A stretch of DNA of 64,000 bases, from positions 160,001-224,000 of the forward strand of contig CAYFXC010000001.1 in the NCBI GenBank assembly GCA_964347045.1. The letters are read 5' to 3'. Positions 18,243 through 28,411 of the stretch are shown here, in pieces (the stretch's first letter is position 1; every line of letters begins with the position of its first letter). The notes beneath the pieces are model-generated. The model searched no databases and was not told the origin of the DNA. It saw only the letters and a program-made list of their open reading frames with translations. The stretch comes from an uncultured archaeon. Its GTDB lineage: Archaea > Asgardarchaeota > Hermodarchaeia > Hermodarchaeales > Hermodarchaeaceae. The position numbers and the translations under genes were made by a program.

Positions 18243-19010
18243 TTGCACGCTCTCTATTTTGTTGGCACAGCTGGCTCTGGAAAATCAACCCTTACACATA
18301 ATTTTGCGCGTTGGCTGGGAGATGCGAAACTAAGTGTAGGTACAATAAATTTAGATCCTGGGGTTTTACAGCTACCTTATGGACCTGATATTGATGTTCG
18401 AGATTTCGTTTCTCTTCAAGGAATTATGGAAAAATACAATCTAGGTCCAAATGGCGGATTGATTGCATCAATAGACCTAATAAGTTCTCATCTTGAAACA
18501 ATTCAAGAAGAAATTAAAGATCTTGGCGTTGATTTTCTCCTCTTTGATACTCCAGGGCAAATCGAGCTATTTGCATTCCGAGAGACAGGACCCATAATTG
18601 TTTCCAGCCTTGCTGAAGAGAGCCGAATGCTAATCTATTTAGTTGACGCAGCCTTGGGAAAAACTCCTGCAGGATTGATTTCTTCGCTCTTGCTTTCGGC
18701 ATCAGTTTTAGTACGATTCAATTTACCACACCTTAACGTCCTCTCAAGGGCTGATCTACTCAATGAGCACGATATGGAACAATTGACCGACTGGCTTGAT
18801 GACCCAACTCAGCTCATTTACTCCCTTCAAGAATCGCGTAATGAATTACAAGCCGAATTATCCGGCGAATTGGTAAATGCTATTCACAAGATCTTTTCGG
18901 GTCTTGATGTAGTACCCGTGTCTGCATTGAATATGGAAAACCTAGACTTGTTATTCTCTCATGTTTCAAACACTTTAGTCGGGGGAGAAGGCTTTGAGAC
19001 GTTTAGATAA
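18243..19010 (+). CDS. GPN-loop GTPase
   Basis: GTAGSGKST, NLDPG, LGPNGG, DTPGQIE. Confidence 0.93.
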   Translation: MHALYFVGTAGSGKSTLTHNFARWLGDAKLSVGTINLDPGVLQLPYGPDIDVRDFVSLQGIMEKYNLGPNGGLIASIDLISSHLETIQEEIKDLGVDFLLFDTPGQIELFAFRETGPIIVSSLAEESRMLIYLVDAALGKTPAGLISSLLLSASVLVRFNLPHLNVLSRADLLNEHDMEQLTDWLDDPTQLIYSLQESRNELQAELSGELVNAIHKIFSGLDVVPVSALNMENLDLLFSHVSNTLVGGEGFETFR

Positions 19011-19052
19011 CTTTGTTTTACTAAAAGATTTTAACTTGGCTAATCTTGTTGT

Positions 19053-19787
19053 ATGAAGCACTCGGTGAACTCTATGCCTAAAGTCAATGATATTATTTCA
19101 ATGGCGCGTTCCGAAAAGCGTACCTATCTACTGGAACATGAATCCAAGACAATAATGAAAATTTACAAACTTCCAGTAATGCAGTTTACGGTGGCTGAAA
19201 CAGAAGACGAAGCAGTAAAGGCGGCGGATACGATTGGCTATCCTGTGGTTTTGAAAATTCTAAGCCCCGATGTGATTCACAAAAGTGATGTTGGTGGCGT
19301 GATAATTAATGTCAAAGATGCTGATGAAGTTCGAGAGGGTTTCAAGACTATAGTTGCCAACGTTAAGAAACATAAGGAAAATGTACAAATTCGTGGAATA
19401 TTTGTTGAAGAGTTTGCCCCGAAAGGGGTCGAGGTTATCATAGGAGCAATAAAAGATCCTCAATTTGGTCCCGCACTCATGTTCGGATTGGGTGGCATTT
19501 TTGTTGAAGTACTTAAGGATGTGAGTTTCCGAGTAGCTCCGATTACAAGTTACGATGCTCAGGAGATGATTCAAGAAATCAAGGGTTATCCTATTCTAAC
19601 AGGAATTCGAGGGCAGGAAGCCCGTGACATAAAAGCGTTGGCTAATATTTTGCTTCAGGTCTCTAAGTTAGTAACAGATTATCCAGTTATTAACCAACTC
19701 GATTTGAATCCTGTCTTTTCTTATCCAAAAGGTGCAAAATGTGTCGATGCACGGATAATTTTGGAAGAATCTAATGAATCTGAATAG
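19053..19787 (+). CDS. acdB: ADP-forming acetate/acyl-CoA synthetase beta subunit
   Basis: GYPVVLKI.SPD..HKSDVGGV, DPQFGP.LMFGLGGIFVE..KDV, LDLNPV, VDAR. Confidence 0.92.
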   Translation: MKHSVNSMPKVNDIISMARSEKRTYLLEHESKTIMKIYKLPVMQFTVAETEDEAVKAADTIGYPVVLKILSPDVIHKSDVGGVIINVKDADEVREGFKTIVANVKKHKENVQIRGIFVEEFAPKGVEVIIGAIKDPQFGPALMFGLGGIFVEVLKDVSFRVAPITSYDAQEMIQEIKGYPILTGIRGQEARDIKALANILLQVSKLVTDYPVINQLDLNPVFSYPKGAKCVDARIILEESNESE

Positions 19788-19915
19788 ATTCATATTCTTT
19801 TATCAAGGATTTGCCTAGGAGGTGTTAGTGCTCCGTTAGTTTTAAAAATCCCTCTTGCATACTCCCTCTCACTTTAAAAAATCGCATTAGACGTTTTCTT
19901 GTATAAGGTGGTATA

Positions 19916-20785
19916 GTGGCCGAGGACGCGGTTCTGCAGCTTGCCGAAATTAACCGGCTCGCGACTTCATTGCGTGAGAAGCGTGATGAGCTAAATACTG
20001 AAGCTCAACAGCTAGTTAAAGAAAGGGATAAACTCAATGCACAGGTTGCTGAGTGGCTCTCAAAGGCTCGTGAGCATCGTGAGAAACGTGATGAGTATAA
20101 TCAGAAAGTCGCCGAATTCAAAGTTAAACGAGACGAAATCTATACGAAATTAAAAAGCAAAGTAGATGAGCGTCAGGACAATGAAGATGAGGTAGAAGGA
20201 ATTCAGAAGAAGACTTCGGCGCCATCACATGTTCTTCGCCGAAAAATTCGAGAACTCGATTGGTCTCTACAAACGCAAGTTTTAGATTTAAAACGTGAGC
20301 GGGAAATTATCGAAAACATTTCAGAACTTGAAGCGGAACTAAGAGTTGCAGAAGAGGCTGTAACAAAAAGAAAAGAAAGTGCAAAGGCGCGAACAGAAAT
20401 TGAGGACTTACGATTGCTAATGAATGCGCACCATAATTCTGTTCTTGAGTTTGCAAGACTTTCTCAAGAAGAGAACCAGTATATGATTGAAGCATATGCA
20501 GAGGTGGATGCACTTCGAAAACGGGCAGATGAAGCACATCGCAAATATTTAGAAACTCGACGTGAAGCTGATGAGACTCATCGACGATTTCTAGAAGCTA
20601 GACAAGAAAATACTCGCCTGAGAAAAGAACTAGGAGAAATCCGCATTCGAAGGCGTGTGGAGAAAATCCAGGAAATCGGGGAACGACTTGAAGAGAAAGC
20701 GTCTGTGGCTCTTGAGAAGCATAAACGTGGGGAACGTTTGACTATGGAAGAATTCTCTCTTCTCATGAAGCGTGGATTGCTTTAG
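19916..20785 (+). CDS. Archaeal coiled-coil protein (COG1340-like)
   Basis: REKRDELN repeats, LQTQVL, C-terminal GERLTMEE. Confidence 0.85.
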   Translation: MAEDAVLQLAEINRLATSLREKRDELNTEAQQLVKERDKLNAQVAEWLSKAREHREKRDEYNQKVAEFKVKRDEIYTKLKSKVDERQDNEDEVEGIQKKTSAPSHVLRRKIRELDWSLQTQVLDLKREREIIENISELEAELRVAEEAVTKRKESAKARTEIEDLRLLMNAHHNSVLEFARLSQEENQYMIEAYAEVDALRKRADEAHRKYLETRREADETHRRFLEARQENTRLRKELGEIRIRRRVEKIQEIGERLEEKASVALEKHKRGERLTMEEFSLLMKRGLL

Positions 20786-20791
20786 AAAATC

Positions 20792-21211
20792 TCAACTAGC
20801 GATTGGAAGAATTATGTCTGCGGCGTTTTGTAAACCTCTATTTATCTTAGCCGCAGTATATAACAAAATCACTTCTTTTCCAAGTTCCCTCGCGCGACTT
20901 AATAGTGGTAAAAGGTTTTCATTTTCGGTTGTAAGGGCAATCGTTGTGATTTTTTCATTATAAATGAACTCCATTGCCTCTAAAGCAAAATGGATATCGA
21001 GGTCATCGTGGACGATAACCGGAACGAATCCTTCCTCAGCAATAATTTTGGAATACTCAACAGCTTGATGTTGTAAAATGACTACCTTTCCAACCTTTAT
21101 GTCGCCAATTTCTTCTAGGAGTGGTCGAAGTTTGGGTAAAATTCCTGAAAGATCTGAGGAAACGCCGCTGTCAACCAATAACGCTACAGCGTTCTTCTTT
21201 TTTCGCCTCAT
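20792..21211 (-). CDS. NYN-domain protein (TIGR00288-like, degenerate)
   Basis: VALLVD, GDIKVGKV, DLDIHFALEAME, ARELGKEV, LQNAAD. Confidence 0.75.
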   Translation of the reverse strand: MRRKKKNAVALLVDSGVSSDLSGILPKLRPLLEEIGDIKVGKVVILQHQAVEYSKIIAEEGFVPVIVHDDLDIHFALEAMEFIYNEKITTIALTTENENLLPLLSRARELGKEVILLYTAAKINRGLQNAADIILPIAS

Positions 21212-21222
21212 TTCAGCTTCTC

Positions 21223-22014
21223 CTAGTTTCCAAACCGACGGTCTCTCTGTTGGTAGGTTCGTAGCGCACGCCAGAAATCAATTTTCCTAATCTCCGGCCA
21301 AAAAACATCTGCGAAATATAATTCAGAGTAAGCGGATTGCCAAAGTAAGAATCCGGACAACCTTTCCTCTCCCGAGGTTCGAATGATAAGTTCAGGATCA
21401 GCAATACCTGCGGTGTAGAGGTGTTTTTCAATTGTAGCATCTGTGATCTCGGATGGATTAAGTGTTCCTTTTTGAACTTTTTTGGCTATGCTTTTAACGG
21501 CGTCTACAATCTCTGTACGGCCGCCGTATCCAATTGCCACGTTTAGGTTAAAATTATCATAGTCAGCTGTTGCGTTCTCCGCTTCTTGAATTGCATTAAG
21601 CACACTAGTTGGGAGTAGAGTTAGTTGACCAATGGCACGAACTTTAACTTTGTGACGATGGACGACTTCTGATCGAGCTACAGTTTCAAATCTTTCTTGG
21701 GCTAAAGCCATGATATGTTGAACCTCTTCTTCTTTTCTGGTAAAATTCTCCGTGGAAAAGACGTAAATGGTTACAACTTTTACTCCGGCTTCAAAGCACC
21801 AGTCGAGAACTTCATCGATACGTTGAGCACCAACCGAATGTCCGAAGGTACTGTCTTGGTTCTGCTGTTTTGCAAATCGCCGATTTCCATCTAGAATAAT
21901 ACCTACATGCATGGGCATTGGGTTATCCTTGATTTGGCGCCAAAGATACCACGAGTATAGATGATAGATCGGTCCTACAAGGTTTGTCACTGATAAGTCT
22001 CCGGATAGAGCCAA
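21223..22014 (-). CDS. uppS: cis-Prenyltransferase (polyprenyl diphosphate synthase)
   Basis: HVGIILDGNRR, FSTENF, YGGR.EI, IRTSGEERLSGFLLWQ, RRFG. Confidence 0.96.
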   Translation of the reverse strand: MALSGDLSVTNLVGPIYHLYSWYLWRQIKDNPMPMHVGIILDGNRRFAKQQNQDSTFGHSVGAQRIDEVLDWCFEAGVKVVTIYVFSTENFTRKEEEVQHIMALAQERFETVARSEVVHRHKVKVRAIGQLTLLPTSVLNAIQEAENATADYDNFNLNVAIGYGGRTEIVDAVKSIAKKVQKGTLNPSEITDATIEKHLYTAGIADPELIIRTSGEERLSGFLLWQSAYSELYFADVFWPEIRKIDFWRALRTYQQRDRRFGN

Positions 22015-22059
22015 ATGCTCTAGGTATTTAACCTTTGTTTTTAAGAATTTTCGAAGTAA

Positions 22060-22443
22060 TTATCGGATCAACTTTTTGGCGATTTTCTTTGCCGCCCGTT
22101 CCATATTAATAAAAACTAATCCGAGACCAGCAAGAGATTCAGTATTGGTGCTCACCATTAACACTGAATCCGATCCAACTGCAACCATAATAACTGCTCC
22201 AGATCCTCCTTGAGCATAAACTTGGTGTAAGGCGCCTTTCTCTAAATCTGATGCTGCTCTTTCTCCAACGGTTAGTAAAGCTGCACTCATTGCTGCTAAA
22301 AGGGTTTCATCGTATTCTTCTGGAAGTTTGGCTGCAATGGGTAGTCCATCAATACCAACGACGACAGCGGCTTCTATTTCTTCAACTGTCTCTGTTAAGC
22401 TCTCCAAAATTTTTTCAATTTCTGGGGAACTTGATATCATCAA
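22060..22443 (-). CDS. Roadblock/LC7 (MglB-like) protein
   Basis: AAVVVG.DGLPIA, LAAMSAALL..GERAA.DL.KG, LGLVF. Confidence 0.9.
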   Translation of the reverse strand: MMISSSPEIEKILESLTETVEEIEAAVVVGIDGLPIAAKLPEEYDETLLAAMSAALLTVGERAASDLEKGALHQVYAQGGSGAVIMVAVGSDSVLMVSTNTESLAGLGLVFINMERAAKKIAKKLIR

Positions 22444-22450
22444 TTTTAGT

Positions 22451-23038
22451 CTAACTCGCGGATGCTTTTGCAGAGGTTTTAGGATACAAATGATACATCA
22501 AAATATCACGAGTTACTTGGCGAAACGCACGTTTAACATTTTCACCTGTAAGGGCACAGGTTGTGAAATTTGGGGCGTTCCCTAACCCCAATTTAGCCAA
22601 CATGATGTCTTTTTTCATAGCATTTTGTAAATCTTGTTTGTTCAACATTACTACAAGACTGATGGAATGTCCGAGGTCCTCACTCACAAACGATCGAAGC
22701 TCTGCCATGCTCTCAATATTTGCGTCCATTTGATCAGGTGACGAGTCTGCAACAAAAATAATTCCATCAACACCGCTTAAGATAACCTTTCGTTGACCCC
22801 TGTGTCGACGCTGACCAGCAACAGTGTAAACATCAAATACTACCTGGGCTGTTGCCTGCATTGGTGTATAATCAAAAAATAGTGTTCGTCCAGTGTGATC
22901 CGCAACCGAAGTGAATCCGCCTTTATTTAGCCCCTCAACGTGATCGTAAATCCAACGTAGTGCTGTTGTTTTACCAGATAACGAAGGTCCCCAGAAGACG
23001 ATTTTAAAATGTATTCTTCCCTGCGTGTCTTTCTTCAA
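22451..23038 (-). CDS. MglA-family small GTPase
   Basis: KIVFWGPSLSGKTT, RTLFFDY, TVAGQ, GVDGIIFVADS, NKQD, CA..G. Confidence 0.92.
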   Translation of the reverse strand: MKKDTQGRIHFKIVFWGPSLSGKTTALRWIYDHVEGLNKGGFTSVADHTGRTLFFDYTPMQATAQVVFDVYTVAGQRRHRGQRKVILSGVDGIIFVADSSPDQMDANIESMAELRSFVSEDLGHSISLVVMLNKQDLQNAMKKDIMLAKLGLGNAPNFTTCALTGENVKRAFRQVTRDILMYHLYPKTSAKASAS

Positions 23039-23084
23039 AGTAGGACGGCTCCTTTGTGTTCGCGTTGCTTCTATCCCGTCCCCA

Positions 23085-23555
23085 CTAACCCTTCTCGAGT
23101 TCTCCCAATGCAGCTTTAAGCTCTTCCCGCTCAGCGTCGGTCTTCCCTGCTGCTACAGCAGGCTTTTCAGCCATAAACTCATCAAGAACTTTCGCTAGCT
23201 CAGCAGCGGCCTTCATCATGGTTAAGCGTATCATTCCAATATTTACTTCCTTATCAGTAATTACACACAATACGCCTTTTCCTGCACCGGCTGCAAAAAT
23301 TTTACCATCACCAAACTCTGATGTCACGATTGTTAAATCACCGACATCTAAACTCTTCCCTTGTTCTTCACTAGCACAAAACACGGCACTCGCTATTGCG
23401 CCAATGCCATCTACATCCACTGGATAATATGAGAACTTAGAGACGTGAGCGATGGTTAGTCCTGTTCTATCGACGAGGATGGTCTTCTTGATTCCTGGTT
23501 CGGATTTGATGACATCGGAGAGGATTTCATCAAATTGCCGTACGGTTATGGACAC
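23085..23555 (-). CDS. Roadblock/LC7 protein with C-terminal helical extension
   Basis: ILVDRTGLTIA, IGAIASAVF, NIGMIR, tail AEREELKAALGELEKG. Confidence 0.88.
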   Translation of the reverse strand: MSITVRQFDEILSDVIKSEPGIKKTILVDRTGLTIAHVSKFSYYPVDVDGIGAIASAVFCASEEQGKSLDVGDLTIVTSEFGDGKIFAAGAGKGVLCVITDKEVNIGMIRLTMMKAAAELAKVLDEFMAEKPAVAAGKTDAEREELKAALGELEKG

Positions 23556-23636
23556 GGTTTATCCCTTTCCATGGGGCTAGCTTGGCTTTATCTTCGGGAG
23601 ATGACTTTTAATTCTTGTGTGGAGAACGTGGGAGTC

Positions 23637-23936
23637 TCATCCTCTCATGACGATGAGAATGTAGTCTTCTTCAGGGGCTACCATGACTTCTCCTTTGGGT
23701 GTTGAGATGGTAAGGAAGTTCATGCCGCCTTCTCCTAGTTCATCAACAACACGTTTGGCTTTGCCTACCAGCGATGTGACAAGTGCTGCAATAACCTCAG
23801 TTGTTTCAGCACTTAGATTGGAGCTAATTGGTAGACCTTCCATATTTGTAATAATGACGCCACGAACTCCTTCATGGGCGCCAAGGCGTTTGAGTGAGTC
23901 TTTTAGTGCTTTTCCGCCGATCATTGTACTCCACAC
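23637..23936 (-). CDS. Roadblock/LC7 protein (dynein LC7-like)
   Basis: [17 protein letters not shown]...[23 protein letters not shown] resembles DYNLRB-type roadblock. Confidence 0.88.
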   Translation of the reverse strand: MWSTMIGGKALKDSLKRLGAHEGVRGVIITNMEGLPISSNLSAETTEVIAALVTSLVGKAKRVVDELGEGGMNFLTISTPKGEVMVAPEEDYILIVMRG

Positions 23937-24123
23937 TCTCTAGCCACTGACTAGTGGTCTCTTATAGATGTTATAAAAGTTCCCTCTTGTTCGGAGATAA
24001 TGTAGAAGTTTTGAAAAAAACTATTGCTTCCGTCTTTCTGACGGACAGTTTTTAAACATTGACACCAAATCCTTTCTATCGCAACCATTATTGCCATGTT
24101 CACTGGCGATGGGTGTGGCTTTC

Positions 24124-24489
24124 ATGCTCGGAAAGAAAGAAGTTGAACAGATTCTTGCAGACATCATGGATACTATTCCTGAACTTGAGGGGATCATCGC
24201 AGCCTCTCAGAGTGGGAAGGTAATTGCAGGACAGACCTTGCGAGATATGGACCATAGTGCAATCACTTCAAGCGTTGTTGCCCTCTTAAAAGAAACAAAG
24301 ACGGTAAACAAGGCTGTCGATCAAGGCCCTGTGCAATCTATCTATTTGGAAACAGACAAAGGTTATACTGTGGCCGTTACTGCTTCAAAAACACTGGTTG
24401 TTGCCATCGCCGGAAGGGATGCGGCTCCCAGTTTGGGTCTTATAATCAGGAGCCTAAGATCAGCAGTTGATAAGATTGGAAAAAGCTAG
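24124..24489 (+). CDS. Roadblock/LC7 protein (divergent orientation)
   Basis: IPELEGIIAASQSGKVIAG...DQGPV..IYLE...SLGLI. Start refined to ATG 24124. Confidence 0.8.
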   Translation: MLGKKEVEQILADIMDTIPELEGIIAASQSGKVIAGQTLRDMDHSAITSSVVALLKETKTVNKAVDQGPVQSIYLETDKGYTVAVTASKTLVVAIAGRDAAPSLGLIIRSLRSAVDKIGKS

Positions 24490-24847
24490 TAAAACTTTTT
24501 TTGGTTCTAGCTATCCTCCAAGTTTCGTTCTTTTTCCAATCTAAAGTCGGCGATCGTTTCTAGGTGGAGTTGTTTCTGGGCACGTCAGAGAAAACTGTGA
24601 ACAACTTCGCCTTGAAGTTTGGAGTTTCCTACTTTATTCCATCGACTCGTACCAGTTGAGCCGAAGGCTATACTTGTCGTTCCGATGGTGTTACCAGTCA
24701 TAGGAGTTTATTGCTATTTGAAAACAAACTAGAACCTATTCAATAGCATATCAACGAATTTTTTAAGTTCCATAATTCATTTCCATTCTGTAGTACCAAG
24801 ATTTTAACTGGGTTAAAGATAAAAGGAAGAGAGTAGGCGTTTTTCTC

Positions 24848-27800
24848 GTGGCTTATTTACGTCAAATTTCAATTCAAGGGTTTAAAAGTTTCAGTCCAAA
24901 AAAAACCACTATTGATCTAAGTAGGGGTTTTACTGCAATCGTTGGTGAAAATGGCTGTGGTAAAAGCAACATTTTGGATGCTGTTTGCTTTGTACTTGGT
25001 CGTTTGAGTAGCAAATCTTTGCGTGCTGAGAATTTTGCTTCATTGCTATTTAATGGTGGTTCTGGTAATTCTCCCGCAAAATTGTGCCGTGTTAGTCTCG
25101 TTTTTGATAATACTGATCGCCAATTTCCCATTGATGCAAATGAAATAACAATAAGTCGAGAAGTCGATGAAACTGGAATTAGTGCATATCGAATAGGTGG
25201 CAAACGGGTTACGCGTACCGAAATGATTGATACAATAGCAGTTGCTGGGTTACATCCTGAAGGTCATAATATTGTAATGCAGAATGAATTAGCAAATGTC
25301 ATTACTATGACGCCAACCGAAATTCGTCAAATTGTTGAGGGAGTTGCAGGTATTTCCGTTTTCGACGAAAAGAAGCAGCAGATTGAAAGTGAATTAGTGA
25401 AAGTCGATCAAAACCTACACATGGTTCAAATGCGTACCGAAGAAATTCGTCAAGAATATTCTCGGTTGGAAAAGGATAGGAAAGATGCTCTCCGATGGCG
25501 GGAAATTACTGAAAAACTAACACAATTCGAAAGAGATTTGATTTTTGCGGAACTAGCCCGAGTTGAAGAACGTCTTACCGAAATGAAAAAAGAGTTTGTT
25601 TCATACTCTGATAATATTAAGGAACTTGAAACCAAACGCCAACAGGCTAAGAATCGTAAACTCGAACTTGAACAAATTGTAAAAACGGACGAACAAAAAA
25701 TCAAACAATTAGATCAAAAACAACGAAAAAGGGAAATTGAGGAAACGCGTATTCGAGAAATTTTGAAAGGACTGCAATTAACTTCTGAAAAACTTTCTCA
25801 AAATAAAAAATTACTTGCAGCAAGTGTTGAGCATCTCGAATCAGAAGAATCGAAGGAAAAGAATCAGTCCGCACAACTAGAAATGGAAATTGCAGCTCTC
25901 AACACTGACCAAGCTTCACACCGAGAACAAATTGAACCTATTCGAACGCGTCTCTCAAAATTATCTGAACAAACTGACTCTCCAGACACCGAATATGTAT
26001 CACTCAGAGAACAAATCTTAACACTAACTGAAACTATCGAAGCAAAAAAGAGTGCAATTGGCGAAACCACGGCATTAAACCAAGTTACTGAAAAAGGGAT
26101 TATTGAACTCATGGCGCAGATTGAGGATAGCTACGCCCTTCTTCCTGAGCAGGAATATTCCTTAGATAAAACAAAAACCCAGTGCCAAAGCATCGAAAAC
26201 GAACTCCACGATCTCCAAGCAGAGGTAACCACCCTTGAAAAACAAAAGAGCGAATTTCAAACTTCGATGCAAGAAAAACAAAACAAACAAGAAGAGCTCA
26301 ACCAATTAATTCAAGCTTCGAAAGAAGAACTCCTTGAAGCGCAAACTAGGCTAAAGACAATACGCGAATTCAAAAAGTATGGGCTAACGCGAAAAGCAGC
26401 AACTGATGCGGTTCTAAAATATGCAAAAGAAAACAAAGCTACAGGTGTTTATGGTACTCTAGGTAGCTTAGGTAAGACTTCCACCAAACACGCGACCGCT
26501 CTAGAAGTAGCAGGTGGGGGAAGACTTGATTTTATCGTTGTTGATAATGAAGAAACTGCTTCAAAATGTATTGAATATCTAAAAAAGAGCCATATTGGTC
26601 GTGCAACCTTTATCCCACTCGACACAATCAAAACCAATCCATACTCGTACAAAGGTGAACAAAAAGGCGTTGTAGGAAACGCACTCGAGCTTCTTACTTT
26701 TGAAGATCAATTTCGACCTGCATTTGAATTTGTATTTGGTAGAACTCTAATTGTGAAAGATTTGAAAATCGCACGCAATGTCAAAGCGGCTGGCGTTCGA
26801 AAAATCACAATTGACGGTGACATAGTTGAGCCCAACCGTACGTTAACTGGAGGGTTTTACAAAGGACTCTCCTCATTGACTTTGGAAGAAGAAGCAAGAA
26901 TTCCAGAGTTGCAGAAAAAACTCAAGGAGCTCCGCACACTTCATTCTAAAGAAGTGATTGAGTACCAGAAATGGACAGAAAAAACAAACCAATTAGAAGA
27001 TCAACTAAGAGAAAAGCAGAAGATGCTTGATGGTTTGAAAATAAAGTACAATAAAGCAGATGAAATGGCAACGGCTCAAGAAGAAGCTCTCATTGATTTC
27101 AAAGAGAGTATTTCAAAATTGCGTGAATCCTTGAAAGATAAAGAAAAAACCAAACAAACATTAGGACAGAAATTACAGACAGACCAATTAGAAATTCAAG
27201 AGCTAATCAACAAACGGGAAGAACTTCAACAAAGCCTTTCAACCTTAGAAAGAAGCAGCCTAGACCCCAATCTTACTGGGCTTCGTAAACAACTAGACAA
27301 GTATGAATCTCAACTACAGGAAACACAACTCAAACTAACTGAAAAAACAAGCGAAGCTAGACACACAAAAGGTGAAATCAATCGTATTTCTCAAGATCTC
27401 ACAAGTACGAAGACAGAGTTGGAACAAAAAGATAAGGAACTAATAGCTACAACTAAACAGATTGAACAAAATCAAACAGCTCTGACCAAAATTGAAGAAG
27501 ACGTCGTTAATCTAAGCGAACAGATTAGGGAGCTTGAAAATAAGATTATAACATGTGAGGCTGAAAACCGGCAAATAAACAATACAATTGATGAACTTCT
27601 TGATAAGATAAACGACGAAAAAATGAATCGCTCCAAAATCGAAGGGCGGATTGAACACTGGCAAGAACGGTTTACCGCTCAAAAAGAGAAGACAGTGGGA
27701 TTAGAACCACCATTACTTCCTATGGAACCTGCTCAAGTACAAAGCCTGCGTAGACAAATTTCAACTTTGCAAGAAGAAAGAGATCAAATGGGTCTTATTA

Positions 27801-28411
27801 ACCAAAAAGCCGTTGAACGTTTCGAAGAAATTCGTCACGCTTACGATGAAATCTTAGAAAAAGAAAGCAGAATTCGGGAAGAACGCGAAGCCATTCTAGA
27901 TGCGATGCGAAAGGCAGAGGAAGAAAAATTCCGCGTTTTTATGGCTGCATTTACAAATATCTCTAACAACTTTGCCGACGTCTATCAACAACTTACTCAA
28001 GGAGAGGGTCAACTCGAATTGGAAAATCCTGAAAATCCATTTTTAGGTGGCATTCGAATGAAAGTACGACCAGCTGGAAAACGCGTCCAATACCTCGATG
28101 CTCTTTCTGGCGGTGAAAAAGCCCTCACTGCCTTAACCTTTATGTTTGCACTGCAACTACATCAACCGGCGCCTTTCTATTTCCTCGATGAAATCGATGA
28201 GGCACTCGATCCCAACAATACAGATAGAGTCGCTCGATTAATTGTAAACCTTTCTGAAAACTCACAATTTATTGTTATCTCACACAACGAAATTTCAATT
28301 CGATTAGCAAAAACGCTTCTTGGTGTAGCATTAGCAGATGGTATATCACAGGTCTTTTCAGTACAATTTGAGGAAGGCCTACTCATGATTGAAGGAACAA
28401 GCAAAACCTAA
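24848..28411 (+). CDS. smc: Chromosome segregation protein Smc
   Basis: GFKSF, GENGCGKSN, coiled coils, hinge (GVYGTLG, GRATFIPL), LSGGEK, FLDEID. Confidence 0.97.
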   Translation: MAYLRQISIQGFKSFSPKKTTIDLSRGFTAIVGENGCGKSNILDAVCFVLGRLSSKSLRAENFASLLFNGGSGNSPAKLCRVSLVFDNTDRQFPIDANEITISREVDETGISAYRIGGKRVTRTEMIDTIAVAGLHPEGHNIVMQNELANVITMTPTEIRQIVEGVAGISVFDEKKQQIESELVKVDQNLHMVQMRTEEIRQEYSRLEKDRKDALRWREITEKLTQFERDLIFAELARVEERLTEMKKEFVSYSDNIKELETKRQQAKNRKLELEQIVKTDEQKIKQLDQKQRKREIEETRIREILKGLQLTSEKLSQNKKLLAASVEHLESEESKEKNQSAQLEMEIAALNTDQASHREQIEPIRTRLSKLSEQTDSPDTEYVSLREQILTLTETIEAKKSAIGETTALNQVTEKGIIELMAQIEDSYALLPEQEYSLDKTKTQCQSIENELHDLQAEVTTLEKQKSEFQTSMQEKQNKQEELNQLIQASKEELLEAQTRLKTIREFKKYGLTRKAATDAVLKYAKENKATGVYGTLGSLGKTSTKHATALEVAGGGRLDFIVVDNEETASKCIEYLKKSHIGRATFIPLDTIKTNPYSYKGEQKGVVGNALELLTFEDQFRPAFEFVFGRTLIVKDLKIARNVKAAGVRKITIDGDIVEPNRTLTGGFYKGLSSLTLEEEARIPELQKKLKELRTLHSKEVIEYQKWTEKTNQLEDQLREKQKMLDGLKIKYNKADEMATAQEEALIDFKESISKLRESLKDKEKTKQTLGQKLQTDQLEIQELINKREELQQSLSTLERSSLDPNLTGLRKQLDKYESQLQETQLKLTEKTSEARHTKGEINRISQDLTSTKTELEQKDKELIATTKQIEQNQTALTKIEEDVVNLSEQIRELENKIITCEAENRQINNTIDELLDKINDEKMNRSKIEGRIEHWQERFTAQKEKTVGLEPPLLPMEPAQVQSLRRQISTLQEERDQMGLINQKAVERFEEIRHAYDEILEKESRIREEREAILDAMRKAEEEKFRVFMAAFTNISNNFADVYQQLTQGEGQLELENPENPFLGGIRMKVRPAGKRVQYLDALSGGEKALTALTFMFALQLHQPAPFYFLDEIDEALDPNNTDRVARLIVNLSENSQFIVISHNEISIRLAKTLLGVALADGISQVFSVQFEEGLLMIEGTSKT

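Noticed and set aside
19916-20785. Repeated GTGAGAA-CGTGATGAG-like DNA
   Set aside because: Reflects REKRDE coiled-coil repeats in the protein, not a CRISPR or mobile repeat.
24507-24701. Selenoprotein via in-frame TGA
   Set aside because: No recognisable selenoprotein motif or SECIS seen; kept only as part of the unexplained-gap finding.
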